From the NCBI GenBank assembly GCA_937625935.1, contig OW569345.1, positions 558,001 to 622,000 of the forward strand: a DNA stretch of 64,000 nt, read 5' to 3'. Shown piece by piece: positions 9,351 to 21,842 of the stretch. A program made the position numbers and the translations under genes. Below the pieces are notes generated by a model, which saw only the letters and a list, made by a program, of their open reading frames with translations, had not been told where the DNA came from and did not search any database. This stretch comes from Tetramitus jugosus. Its lineage: Eukaryota; Protista; Heterolobosea. Position 1 is the first letter of the stretch. Each line of letters begins with the position of its first letter.

Positions 9351-11996
9351 ATGCACATTCTTGGTCTCTCCTCCGCAATCGAATCAGTCACCTCTTCCAT
9401 TGCCACCACAAAGCTTCCAAACCAACAGTTTTCTCACTTGATTTTTGATGGTGTGACTGGTTTTGCAGAGTATGCTCTGATCAATGACAAGCCATTTGCT
9501 ACTGAGAGCAACGCTGATCAACATCAAGCACTCAAGTGGATCAACAGAGGAGACGAAAAAGCTTTTGCCACCTATGTCTACAAGTACATCAAGTCATTCT
9601 TGAGTGCTGGCATTCAGTTGACTATTGTGAACTGTGTTTCTGAGAGAACAGGCGGTGTTCAAAACGTCAATTACTCTTTCAAGAAGAATTTGACAAAGCT
9701 AAAGTACAGCAAGCTGTTTTATCGTGAAGGTGATGCATCACATGCCGATCCAAACAAGAACAAGGTGAAGCTCTTGCCAACTTTCCATTTGCTCGTTGTT
9801 CAACAAGTGTTGACTGCACTCAAGAGTGAATTCCCTCAATTGTTGAACTTGATTCAAACACCTGTTGAACCACACTTTGTCTCTGATTTGGCACAACACT
9901 GTGGATTCGAAAAGACTCTTGTCGTGACGAACAATGCTGATTTTTATATGAGTGAGAAGAATCAGTTGCAATTGTGCAGATTTTATGATCTTTCTGTGTC
10001 TATTTCTGCCAATAGCACTGAATCTGCTGCTGCTGCTGCTGAAATTTCTGTCAAGCCAACCAGTGCATCCGATGCGCTTGTTTTGTTGATGCGCAAATGG
10101 AATTTGGAGAGCTTGTTTGAACTCTATTTGACCATGTCTCTGATGAAGAATGATTACACTGAGGATGCTGATGTGAGAAAGTTTGTCGGCAATGACATGT
10201 TCAACTTTGAAAAGATTGCTGGTCGTGTCAGAGAGCACATTGACTTGTTGAAGGAAGATGAAACCATTACCGAGGCTCAAATTTCTGATGCTGTGATTGA
10301 AAAGGCTTACAAGGACAATGCTGCTGCTATTGAGAACAGCAAGAAGGCATTCAACGCATTGATTAGCACAAAAACTCAAACTGCAGGATCAGTCGATGAG
10401 AATCAAGTTGCTGCATCTCTTGTCCCAAGCTATACTGACAAAGCGAATACTTCCTCATTTGTTGAACATTTGAAGAATGGTGATTCCGAGTCATTGGTTC
10501 ACTTGTTGCAAAGCTTGCGTGTCACAGAGTCTGTTGATGCTTTGAGCTGCTCCACTGATACCTTCTCTCCTGAGGAGTTGTGGTTCCCAGTCAATGCTAA
10601 GCAAGTTGAGTATGCTTTGTTGAGCAATGCCTCTCCATACAAGATTGACGCATCTTTTGAAGAAGAAAAGTCATTCGAAGCAGTCAACGGTGGAAAGATT
10701 GACAAGGATTTGGTCGAAGTGAAAATTGCACAACAAGAAAAGGGAACTTACTTGAACCCTGGTAGTGAAAGAGTTCACGCATTCAAGAGAAACTATACTG
10801 CTTACGAAGTGAGCGACAAGGCAAAGAGCTTTATTAAGTTGTGGATGCCAGAAGACTCTCAACAAACTGTCGAAGAGTTTGAAAATGCTTTGAAGACTGT
10901 GCCAGCTGCATATCAACCATATGTTCTTGTTTTGAACAGTTTGTATCACTTGTTGTGCGCCAGAGATCCAAAGCCAAAGGTTGATTTTGTCTTCTTGAAC
11001 GAAATTGTGTTTGCTTCCCTCTTCTTGGATCAACCATTGAGTGATGTCAAGGAAGTTTCTGCCAAGTTGGGAACCAGCGGTAAGATTTACAATGAAGAAA
11101 TGAACAAATTGAACCAATTTGTCAATGCCAACTATTACAGATTCCACAGCTATGTTGAGTCTGGTTTGTTGAGCTACTTCAACTTTAGCAATGCTATGGG
11201 CTGGTTCGGTGATGCCTTCAACAACTTTGCTTCTGCATTGTTGGTCAATGGTACCTATGCTGCCTATTTGAGAACTTTGTTCAATGAAGAGCCAACCGTT
11301 GAAACACTCATCAACGCCATTCCAGAGGCCAACCGTGCAGCCTACACTGCCACCAAGGCAGCTATCAAGTCATTGGCTGACAAGGAAGTGAGCCAACACT
11401 TCTGGTTGGACGACGCTGAGGAGTCATTGAACTCCAAGACTATTTATGCTTCCAACATTCCATTTGACATGAAGGCAAGCGACTTCTACAGAATCTTTGA
11501 CGGAATTGCTCTCAAGAAGGTCTACCTCAAGTCTTCTATGTCTGGATCTGGTCACAGTGGCCGTGGTACTCTTGAGTTTGAAGATGAAGAGAACATGAAG
11601 AGAGCCTTGGTCTTGTTCAACAGATTGAAGTTTGGTGACAGATATTTGCACTTGACTCCATCAGCTGCAAAGTCATCCGTTGTTGCTACCGCTACCACAA
11701 CCGTTGAGAATGAAGAGCCAAAGGTTCTTCCATCATACAGCTCTCAAACAGTGATCGAATCAGCTGACGGACAATGGACAAGGCAGAACGCTATTGTGAG
11801 AGGTGGAAAGAAGGCAAAGGGCCGCGCAAGAGCTGGCATTCCTCTCACCACTTCCACTCCAACTTCCGCTCCTGCTGCCGAGGAAAAGAAGGGCAAGTCT
11901 ACCAACGCCAGCGCCAGAGGACGTGCTCGCAACACCAACACTGGAGAGCTCTTTGTTGACAACAAGTGGGGCGCTCTTCTAGATGATGCAGAGTAA
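9351..11996 (+). CDS. Large protein with C-terminal RRM and possible degenerate N-terminal PIN/Asteroid-FAM120-like domain
   Basis: RNP2/RNP1-like KTIYASNIP...GRGTLEFED; N-terminal MHILGL...LIFDG resembles PIN/XPG starts; ATG at 9351. Confidence 0.6.
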   Translation: MHILGLSSAIESVTSSIATTKLPNQQFSHLIFDGVTGFAEYALINDKPFATESNADQHQALKWINRGDEKAFATYVYKYIKSFLSAGIQLTIVNCVSERTGGVQNVNYSFKKNLTKLKYSKLFYREGDASHADPNKNKVKLLPTFHLLVVQQVLTALKSEFPQLLNLIQTPVEPHFVSDLAQHCGFEKTLVVTNNADFYMSEKNQLQLCRFYDLSVSISANSTESAAAAAEISVKPTSASDALVLLMRKWNLESLFELYLTMSLMKNDYTEDADVRKFVGNDMFNFEKIAGRVREHIDLLKEDETITEAQISDAVIEKAYKDNAAAIENSKKAFNALISTKTQTAGSVDENQVAASLVPSYTDKANTSSFVEHLKNGDSESLVHLLQSLRVTESVDALSCSTDTFSPEELWFPVNAKQVEYALLSNASPYKIDASFEEEKSFEAVNGGKIDKDLVEVKIAQQEKGTYLNPGSERVHAFKRNYTAYEVSDKAKSFIKLWMPEDSQQTVEEFENALKTVPAAYQPYVLVLNSLYHLLCARDPKPKVDFVFLNEIVFASLFLDQPLSDVKEVSAKLGTSGKIYNEEMNKLNQFVNANYYRFHSYVESGLLSYFNFSNAMGWFGDAFNNFASALLVNGTYAAYLRTLFNEEPTVETLINAIPEANRAAYTATKAAIKSLADKEVSQHFWLDDAEESLNSKTIYASNIPFDMKASDFYRIFDGIALKKVYLKSSMSGSGHSGRGTLEFEDEENMKRALVLFNRLKFGDRYLHLTPSAAKSSVVATATTTVENEEPKVLPSYSSQTVIESADGQWTRQNAIVRGGKKAKGRARAGIPLTTSTPTSAPAAEEKKGKSTNASARGRARNTNTGELFVDNKWGALLDDAE

Positions 11997-12172
11997 AAGA
12001 TGCAACATCTTCAGTGCCAGTGATCACATTAACTTGAGTGAATCAAAGCATTCGCTCTCTCGTCGAATCCAAAAAAAATAAAAAGTCACTTATTTTATAT
12101 GTATGTAAGTTTTATTTACAAATGCATTTAATGTACATGAATCGCGAGAGTGCTAATCCTCCAATCACTCGC

Positions 12173-12628
12173 TTACCAGCCTCTCTGCTTCCTAATGGTA
12201 AATGTAGATCGTGCAACATTGTCCTCATCCAACTCAAAGTCCACCACTTCCAATTGTGCCTGTTCAAACTTTGCAAGACTCTTCTTGTCAATCACCACAC
12301 CTACTCCTTCCTTCTCAATCACCACATCCGTCGCGGCATCCACTTGATTGTTCTCAGTGAAAAAGTATTGGATGGGATCGGGAATTTTTGGATTTTCATT
12401 GACTTTGATCCTGAGCTTGTGCTGATCAGGGCTCATCTTTCTGTCTCTATAGTGCTCCATAATGTGTTTCACACAAGCATCAGTCAGCGTCACCACTGGC
12501 ATCATCATACCACCTAGACGGCTATCACTGTGGAAGGATCGTTGCAGTCCATTAGATCCTGCATGGTGGCGATAGAGGGAAGAAGAGACGAAGGCTCTTC
12601 TCGTGTTGGTGGAGAGGGCTGAAAACAT
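12173..12628 (-). CDS. Mitochondrial HesB/IscA-fold protein lacking Fe-S cysteines
   Basis: Arg/Ser-rich presequence; VTLTDAC...LRIKV...DVVIEKEGVGVVIDKKSL matches the HesB pattern. Confidence 0.65.
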   Translation of the reverse strand: MFSALSTNTRRAFVSSSLYRHHAGSNGLQRSFHSDSRLGGMMMPVVTLTDACVKHIMEHYRDRKMSPDQHKLRIKVNENPKIPDPIQYFFTENNQVDAATDVVIEKEGVGVVIDKKSLAKFEQAQLEVVDFELDEDNVARSTFTIRKQRGW

Positions 12629-12934
12629 GGCTCAAGCTATCACAAAGGAATGATGATTTTTTGGGTGTTATTGTTTGTTGTGTTTACGAGCTTTTGGTTT
12701 TGACAGCTTTTCGATTGGATCAAAGACCATGGGTGGGTACACGTATCGGGCGTCCATCTATTTTTAAAGATTTCATCTTTCTCCGTTGATGATGAGCACT
12801 ACAGCAAAACAACGGAGTACCTTCTCCTTCCTTTCCATTGGTTTAGTTCCCCTGACAACTTTTCTGAGAGTACATTCGAAGCCTTCATTAAAGGGCACTA
12901 GGAGCTGTCGAGTAGTTCACAGACATTCACAGCA

Positions 12935-14981
12935 TTACTTCTTTGTTGTAACTTTCTTCAGTTTTTCTGGAGTGATTCTCCCAAAATCTACTTGATAGTC
13001 GTACCATTTCTTCCTCATTGAATGGATAATCGCACTATCAGGACCAGACATAAGGGAGTACTTCCCATTGAAGGATCCAATTGCCAACTCACACAAAGAT
13101 AAGATGCGGGTAGATTGTTTCTTTGAGGGTTCGCTCTTCTTCTGCTTGGGATTGGCTGCAAGAGCTTCCTGTTCCTTGATTCGTCTTTCTTCTCGTTCTC
13201 TTGTGTCGAAAAGAGAAACAATGATGAATGCAACCATATCTCTTGTAGTGACCGCCTCTTCTTCTATTGGACTCAGATTTAAATAAAGGGGATTGGTTGG
13301 GATTTCCATGGGTTCAGGTGTGGTTGTTACTGATATTGTCGTTGACTTGGAGCTTTTGACTGTTCTCGTGCTAGACCGACTACCCTTTCGAGATTTCGGT
13401 TGGGATTCCAATTCTTCCAGTCTTAATAGTTTTATGAAGTTGGGCTCCCTTAGGTGTTTATGAGATATTCCCCCCTTAGATTGAAGTGCTCTCTCCAAGA
13501 GCGAGAAACTTTTTTGAAGGTCTAAACCTGATGGTTCGATTTGTTCGTGTATAAAAGGATACCTGAATAGATACCGTAATGCTGGTCCATAGTTGATTCC
13601 CAGTGTGTAAGCTATTGAAGAATAATCATGGCAAGCCAAATCAAGGTTTTGGGTTTGTATATAGCACTCGGCTCTATGCCGTAACGCCCTTGGAAGAGAC
13701 GACTCAAAGTTCATCTCAACACATATTGAATAGTTTTTGATCGCCTCAAGGAAATCCACATGTTGTTGAAACAAGATTCCTCGTATCAAGTATCCCTCTG
13801 ATTCTACCTCTAGAGGTTGGGTTCTATAATTTTCTCTCATATTCTCATGGAACTTGTTGAGAGAGCTAAATGCTTGTTCAAAATGTTCCCGACCCATGTA
13901 GTAACTAAGAAGACCAGTTTTTAAATGATAAAATGATTGGAGAGGATACAGCTTCAATAAGGATTGATACACAGAAATTGCTTCGAAATATTCTTCTTGT
14001 GCTTCATCTATTCGTTCAAGGTGGGTGTTAGTTGAATCTTTGTTGTTAAACAAGCTAGAGAGATCACTTACGTTCTAGAGCTGTTTGTTCGTACGGTTTA
14101 GCAAAATCAGGATCAATTTCTATCACTCGTTGAAAATCTTTAGTCGCTTCCTCAGTTTCTCCCATTTGTAAGTATACATCTCCTCTCAAGAAGTGTGCAT
14201 ATGCATTTGGTTGTTCGGTCTCCTCCGCCATCTTAATTGCTTCGTCAAAACAATCGAGAGCCCCCTCATTATCTTGTGTTGTTGCTCTACACTTTCCCAG
14301 AGTGATTAGCACTTGCACATTACTCGGTTTTTCCAACTTCAAGTACTTATCTAACTCGATTTTTGCCTCATCAGATAATCCCAACTGCACATAACATTCT
14401 CCCCTATTTAAGTATGGAGTAGGATCCATAGGGTCGAGATCAATAGTTTTCGTTAGCATATCGATCGCTTCTTCGTACATTTGTTTCTTCATCATAATTT
14501 TTCCACATAAATACAAGTCATCTCGTGTATGGTCCGAGGATAATATATCCATCATTATTGCGATTGCATCATCTAGGAGTTCTCCACTTTCATACAGTTC
14601 TAATGCATGGGAAATTGCATTTTCTTTCGAAATTTGTACCTCTTCATCGTCAAAGTAGTGCTCGCTTTCTCTCACACTTCTTCGGTACTCCTCAACCAAT
14701 TGTCGAGAGATTGGAGTACTGAATTGCTTAAAGTTTTGAGGGTACTCACATTTGGGTTGTCGTACTTTAAATCCATTCTTTTCTAAGTCAGCTAGAAATG
14801 TGGAGGGCTGACGAAAACGATTGGATCTGTTTCTCAAAATGTCACTCATTTCCCTCCTTCTTGACATTGTGAATTGGATGTCCTTGTTCTCTCTTACAAA
14901 ATTTGACTTGGTTCTTCCCAAAACAGTGTTCACTCCATCACTAGATCCTTCCTTCCATGTCAAACATGCTGAATCATTCAT
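12935..14981 (-). CDS. TPR-repeat protein; probable intron 14008-14071; start uncertain
   Basis: Multiple TPR motifs (YLNRGECY, AHFLRGDVY, ALRHRAECY). A GTAAGT...ACTAAC...TAG intron joins the two ORFs in frame. Confidence 0.8.
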
Positions 14982-15266
14982 CTCCCGATCGAATATTGTT
15001 TCCTCGCAACTGTAAACCAATCACTCAGGCCACGCGGTAAAATTCTTCCTTTTTCTCCTTCCAAGACAAATTTAGACTGACCACAAAAAGCACCACAACA
15101 ACATAAAAACTTCTGAATCGAAAGGACCTTGAGAACGGGAGCACAACAGGGCAAAATTTATTTGTGGAGAATCCGAACAATACACAGAACATAAACCGAA
15201 CTGAATATTAACTGTTGAGAAAAAAAGCGAAAAAGCTCACAAAAAGGATAACACTAAAGACCAGAC

Positions 15267-16847
15267 ATGTCGCAAAACAGTTATTTGACGTTTTATGAGA
15301 AGGCTGGTGTATTATTGGCCGGTGGTATTCAATTGGATGAGAATGAAGAATGGAAGGATGCCGTTCGTTACTATGCCAAAGCAATGGAGTATCTTTTGGC
15401 GGGAACGAGCTACGATCGCTTGCGGACACGTCGCGAGAAGAAGCTTCAACTGTTGAAACATGTCATGGAGCGTGCTGAAACGATACAAAAAATCTTGCAG
15501 AATACAACAACAAACAAGACTCCAGTTTCTCCAACCAATGCTTCAAAGAGTCCTCCAACTCCGACACCCAATGCGTCCACATCCAATCAGCAACAAAAGC
15601 CATTCCAGAAGTCTAACAACACCACCAATAATAATAACAAACCACAGAGTGCTGAAGTGGAGAGATTGAGACAGTCTCTGAGTGATGCAGTGGTCACTGA
15701 GCGACCCAATGTTCGGTGGGACGACGTGGCCGGATTAGAGAATGCAAAGAAGGCTTTGGACGAAGCAATCGTGCTACCAAGAAAGTACCCTCAGTTGTTT
15801 GTGGGTAAAAGACAGCCTTGGAAGGCCATTTTACTGTATGGACCTCCAGGGACGGGCAAGGTTTGTTTTGTTATTTTCCCTTCAATTAATTGCTTTCTCG
15901 CTTTGTTAAATGGATCGACTAACTCACGTTACGATTGACAGAGTTTGTTGGCAAAAGCTGCTGCATCGAACATGGATGAAACAGCAACGTTCTACTCTGT
16001 TAGCTCCTCTGATCTGATTAGTAAGTATCAGGGAGAGAGTGAGAAGCTCGTAAGAAATTTGTTTGAGATGGCTGCCGAAACAGCACCAAGTGTAATTTTT
16101 ATTGACGAAATTGATGCCATTTGTTCCAAGAGAGGAAGTGGACCCGATGAGAACGAGAGTAGTAGAAGAGTAAAGAACGAACTATTGATCAAGATGCAAG
16201 ACTGTCCCAAGGGAGTGTTTGTCTTAGGTGCTACAAATCGACCCTATTCGCTCGATGCTGCTCTTAGGAGAAGGTTTGACAAGAGAATCTATATCCCACT
16301 GCCAGAAGAAGCATCCCGGGAACAAATCATGAAGATTCATATGGGAGATGAGCCTTCAAAGCTCAAAAATCAAGATTATAAGAAACTGGCTCAAATGTCT
16401 GAGGGATACTCTCCTGCTGATCTCTCCATTGTAGTGCGTGATGCACTTATGCAACCCATTCGACAAGCTTTGAGAGCCAAAACATTCAAAAGAACTCCAA
16501 GTGGAAATCATTTGGTTGCTTGTGACGAATCAGAACAAGATAGTATCGAAATGTCGCTCTTCGACATTAAAGACCCAACATCCTTGCGAATCTCTGATCT
16601 GACATTGGAGAACTTTGAGCAATCATTTGCTCGAATAAGGCCTAGTGTTTCTGTACATGACGTCGCAGATGCAGAACGGTTTACTGCAGAGTTTGGAGAA
16701 GGAGAACTGGGTGCAAAGGCCCAAAACAGTTATGACTACAGTCATGCCAAAATGAATAGCAAGCCATCATCCTCTCCTAGTGTCTCACACGAAGAGTTGG
16801 GTAACTCTAGTGTAGTGACTGCTCCCAAGTTTCGTACCCTTGCATAA
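15267..16847 (+). CDS. VPS4: Vps4-type MIT-AAA ATPase; intron 15861-15941
   Basis: MIT domain, [21 protein letters not shown] Walker A across the intron, [25 protein letters not shown]. Confidence 0.88.
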
Positions 16848-17071
16848 AATTGCTCAAACGCTTTTCTGTAAACATGAGCACCACCAGTCATCCAAGAAAG
16901 TCCGAAAATCGAATTCGATTCAAACGTCAGGGAATCCAGACAGATATTCCATTGGGAAACAAAAAAGCTTTCTAACGGAGAAAACACAAAAACCAAACAA
17001 CAACCACTTCATCATTTTCTATTCGTTTGATCCCAAACACAACAACACAAACAACAAATACAATAGAAGAC

Positions 17072-19324
17072 ATGAACATTGACATCTCCCACATTTCAGA
17101 ACAACAACTGGCCGAGCGTTTTGGTGCCCCACTCCGTATGCATTTCTATTTTTAGATTCATAGATGTTGTTTGACAATGGAGCAACCTTTTGTTCTCACA
17201 CTCACTCACACACTCACACACACAACAATTAATAAAATCATAATAATAGATCAACTGTTTCTTGATGCAGACGTTGATGGCGATGGTCACGTTTCCGCCG
17301 AAGAAGCCAAATTTTATTTTCCAAAATTCAATGTGCCTCAACAAGTTCTCCGAACTGTTTGGTCACAATCCTGTAAGACACGTGGTGGATTGACTCGTGA
17401 TGAGTTTGAAGTGGCCATGAAACACATTTTTGTCTTTTTGAGCACTCAACAACAACAGTCTCCTCACTTTGTTCCCATTAGAAGCTCACCTAGTCCATCA
17501 CCAATGAGTATGATGGGTGGCATCAACAGTGGAGGCAACACTCCAATGACACCAACAGTCAATGGCAATGGATCCATCAATTTTGCAATTACGCTGGAGG
17601 AGAAGAGTGCGTATGAGAGACACTTTCAGGGCATTGCACAGGGAGGTGTAACTGTGACAGAACAACAAGCCATGCCATTCTTCCAAAAGGCTCAATTGGA
17701 CGATGTGACTCTGCGTCAAATCTATCGCATCTCTGACTTTGAAAAGGACGGACTGTTGGACAGAGATGAATTTGTGATTGCGTTCCATTTGATTCGTTTG
17801 AAGAGAAAGAATCCAGTGATGCCTATCCCGGATCAAGTACCTGATGTTCTCGTCCCACCAAACAAGAGAATGTTGTTGATGGGAGGAAACAGTAGAGCTA
17901 GCATTGGCGGTGGAGTGATGAATCCACTCATGGTGCAGCAAAATAATATGAACAGACCACCATTGATGATGGGTGGTGGACCATCCTCATCAATCAATGT
18001 CTCAGGTATGAATGCAAGTCAAGTTGAAATGCATGTGAATCGTCTCATGGACGAAACAAAGGACGTTCAGGCAAATCTGTTCACCAATCAACAACAGAAT
18101 GAACAAAACAGAATTCGATTGGAAGAACTGATGAGACAAAAGGCAGAGTTGGAGCAACAATTGGACAGAGATCGCACTGATTTGAGACAGGCAGAGCAGG
18201 AGAAGATGAGATTAGATGTGCAGTCGGCCGAGTTGGAATCCAAGGTTGCTATTTTGACCAATGACAAGAATGAAATGCTTTTGCAAGTAGAGAGAGTGAG
18301 ACAGGAGGTCGCTCGTTTGAATGATATCTGTGCTGTCGCTCATCAAACAGAACAGGAATTGTCCTCTGAGATGAACGGTGTCAGATCTACACTCCAAGGT
18401 GGATTGGATGATTTTATCCAACTCAAGGAACAAATTACTGAATTGAACTTTAGAGTTCAAGAGATGCAACAAGAGAGAAGCAGCTCTGAACAAGCCGTGT
18501 TTTCAAAGACACAAGAAGCATCTCGTTTGCAAAGTGAGCTGAGACAGGCTCAATCAGCCTACAATCAACTCAGCACTGAGATTGCCGCCTTGAAAACAAG
18601 ACAGCAAGAATTTGAAAAGGTTGCTCAGTCAACCCAATCCGAACTCAATCAACTCGTTAATCAAAACAATGGCCTGAAGGAGCAATTGGTTCATTTGCAG
18701 AATCAGTCTCAGAACAATACCTCCTTCAGCAATACCAAGCTGTTGAAATTGAAGGAAGTGTTGAAGAAGGCAGAAACATTTGTCTCCGAGTTTGAAGATA
18801 CCATGAAGAAGGAATTCCCTGATCAAGCCAGTGCCATCTCACCAGTTTCCATCTCTTCTGCCAACTTCACTACTCGTTCTTCACCATCTCCACAAGTTGC
18901 TGCATCGAGCCCTCAACAAACATTCACCAAGCCTGCAACTCCTGTCTCTGTACCAACACCTGTGACTAGCTTCTCCCCTCCAGTGACTGCCACCCGACCA
19001 CACAGCACCTCCTCATTCGATGAGTTTGACTCTGAATTCGATGTTGATTTCGCACCTGCTCCAACAAAGACTGCTGTGACAGCATCTCCTCAACTTCCAC
19101 CTGCTCCACAACAACAACAAAACAAGATTGATGATGATTGGGGTGCATCCTTTGATCAGGGTAACACTGATGATGCCTGGAGCACATTTGACAACAACAA
19201 CTCCAAGATTACATCCGGTGGATTTGATGCTTGGGATGATTTTGGATCAGTCAACCCAGCACCAGCAGCCAAGCAAGCTGCTCCTAAGCCAAGTACCGAT
19301 GATGATGACTGGGCAAACTTCTAA
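17072..19324 (+). CDS. EH-domain endocytic adaptor (Eps15/Ede1-like); intron 17136-17249
   Basis: Two EH domains (DADVDGDGHVS...; SDFEKDGLLDRDEFVIAFHLI), a long coiled coil, and a DW/DF-rich tail ending WANF. Confidence 0.85.
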
Positions 19325-19510
19325 ACACTCCTTTAATACATTTACCAGTTATTTTGTAAACTTGTCTTGGAACTAGTTTAGAAGAACGCGGATTTTTCAA
19401 ATATTTGTCCGTGGCGCCAGAAAATACCACACAATATCGCACGCCATCGCACACATAGTCGCGCTCTCTTACAACACACATCGCTATTTCTCATCAGCAA
19501 AGTGCGAGAG

Positions 19511-21022
19511 ATGACAACCAAACAACAACAACATCAACAACAAATCCACAATCATCATCATCCTCAGGTGATGGCTACAGAGTCGATTACACCCATTGAA
19601 GACACTTTTGATTTGAATGAACCTTCTCGACGAAGCCTCGATTATCAACTCATGACACACGATTCACTCGATCCCATCGGCCATCATCACCAAAACATAA
19701 ATATGAAAAACAGTCATCACCACCATCACAGTAGAAATCACAGTCTAGATCACAATAACAATGATGATGACGGTGACTTGTTCACTGATTCTGTAGTCGA
19801 TACAGTCACTGAAACTGACATGTATCATCCAAGAGCAGGAGCAGCAAATAACCATCACAACAACAACAACAATAGCAATGATGACAATTCAATGACAATT
19901 TATGATCACAATGGACAAGCACAACAACAACAACAGAAACAAGCTCCTCCTCACATTTTCAAGAACCGTTATGAGCGAGTCCAATGGCTCATTTGGAACA
20001 CTCTCGAACAAGAGCACTTTACCATTGTGGGTACAGTAGTCAATGTCGCGATTCTTTGCTTAATTTTTGCAACCATTACAGGGTTTATCCTATCGACGGA
20101 TCATGTCATTCTGGAGAAGAATGTTTGGCTCGATTGGACCATTTTTGTGTTGGAAGACGTAGCCACAGTCATTTTTTTGATTGAGTACGTGCTTCGTTTG
20201 TTTGCCTGTACGGTGAGGCGGTCAAAATATGCGAGACATGGTGGAGTTCTCGGTAGAATACGCTTCTTTTTCTCTATTTGGAGCATTATTGATTTGTTGT
20301 CCGTGTTGCCTTCTCTGTTGTCCATGATTGTGTCTCTCGTATTCCATATCAAGAGTCGATCTGGTGTGAAATCGAGTCGAGACAATACGATTATCAAGGA
20401 ATTGGTATCATTGAGAATCTTGAGACTGTTTCGATTGTTGAAGGCGGAAAAGTATTTTAATGGATGGGGCTTTATTCGAAATGTTTTGGTCAAAAAACGA
20501 ATGGATCTCATTACATCCTTCTTTATTAACTTTGTGTTAATCTTGGCTACGAGTACCATTTTGTACTATGTCGAAAATGCGAGCTATATTGATCCGGTGA
20601 CTGGTCTCAAGGGCAATCCCAATTTCCGATCCATTCCCAAGTGCATGTACTATAGTTTGTTGACACTGTCGACGGTAGGACAGGGAGACATGTATCCTGT
20701 GACGCCTGGAGGTCGTGTCGTGGCCTGTATGTGTGCCATTAGTGCCATTTCTGCCTTTGCGATTCCTTCTTCCATTTTGTCATCGGGATTCATTGAAGAA
20801 GTTCAATTGAGAAAGGAGAGGAAACAGAGACAAAGAAAGGAGAAGGAGATTGAGATGAAGGAGATGGCTCGTCTCGAACAGGCACAAAACTCGAGAACCA
20901 GCATGAGCATTGATTTCACTACGTTGCCACACAGCAAGGTGATCACCGTAGGTAACATGTGCATTCACACATGTCCACACTGTAATCAAAACAGTGTAGT
21001 GATTACCCAAAACAAGCTGTAA
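19511..21022 (+). CDS. 6-TM voltage-gated K+ channel family protein with atypical filter TVGQGD
   Basis: S2 IEYVLR, S3 IIDLLS, S4 LRILRLFRLLK, pore FRSIP...TLSTVGQGDMYPVT, C-terminal CPHC. Confidence 0.9.
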   Translation: MTTKQQQHQQQIHNHHHPQVMATESITPIEDTFDLNEPSRRSLDYQLMTHDSLDPIGHHHQNINMKNSHHHHHSRNHSLDHNNNDDDGDLFTDSVVDTVTETDMYHPRAGAANNHHNNNNNSNDDNSMTIYDHNGQAQQQQQKQAPPHIFKNRYERVQWLIWNTLEQEHFTIVGTVVNVAILCLIFATITGFILSTDHVILEKNVWLDWTIFVLEDVATVIFLIEYVLRLFACTVRRSKYARHGGVLGRIRFFFSIWSIIDLLSVLPSLLSMIVSLVFHIKSRSGVKSSRDNTIIKELVSLRILRLFRLLKAEKYFNGWGFIRNVLVKKRMDLITSFFINFVLILATSTILYYVENASYIDPVTGLKGNPNFRSIPKCMYYSLLTLSTVGQGDMYPVTPGGRVVACMCAISAISAFAIPSSILSSGFIEEVQLRKERKQRQRKEKEIEMKEMARLEQAQNSRTSMSIDFTTLPHSKVITVGNMCIHTCPHCNQNSVVITQNKL

Positions 21023-21842
21023 AGTTCAATAAAAGGAGATATCCTTTTATGCTGCTACTACTGTACGAGCTCGCAAATTCACTTGTAGAGCAACGGCCGT
21101 TTCAATCAAGTCTTATTTAGTCTCATGTCGGAGCACCCTTTTCTCAGTTTTATCGTTCTCATTACGATTGACAAACAGAGCCCTTGTCAGCAAATGCACG
21201 GTCGATTCCTTCAATTTCCACACACAAAACAATAACAGATATGTTTCAAAATAAAGGATTATAACCAGGCATGAAGGTTTTGTTATTAATTGATTTGAAA
21301 CACAAACTTCAAGTAAAATTGCTTCTTCTGCTGAACGGCTGATTATTGAAATCCGGAACAATATACTCTTCCAACATAGTCGATGGAGAGTTATGTGCTT
21401 CTGTGTGAGTTGCCAAGTTCACTCTAACACATGTACAAGAAAATTCACAGTGATCAATACAGCACCCTACCCTACAAATCGTCAGGTATTTCGTAATCCA
21501 TGAGAAGAATATTTCTATGATCAACTGAAGGAAATTGGGTAAATGGATAAATTGCAGGTTGATGAGAGTAAGCAGAGAAAAGCTTTCTGTTAAATGTGTG
21601 ACATCAACAATATTCCTCCCATTTTGTAAAATGGGTCCTTGTAATTGGCTCTGCCCTCATCTTTTCGTTTTTTTTTCTTAGGTAACTTGACGTTAAACTG
21701 ACATAGGGCTTCCTGTTTTGGGAATGCCGACAAGATATGACAGCCCGATTGACAGAGCGAAAACAGCGACCGGGCCAAATGGTATCGGCGGAACTGGGTA
21801 ACATAACCAAGTTTCCACACAAATCAAATCAAGAACAACAGA

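Noticed and set aside
14055-14071. Apparent 17-nt micro-intron GTAAGT...TAG in the TPR gene
   Set aside because: Does not restore the frame; a 64-nt intron with a branch point does.
21030-21830. 800-bp gap with short ORFs and coding-like patches
   Set aside because: No recognisable motif or consistent exon structure; could be a decayed gene but unsupported.
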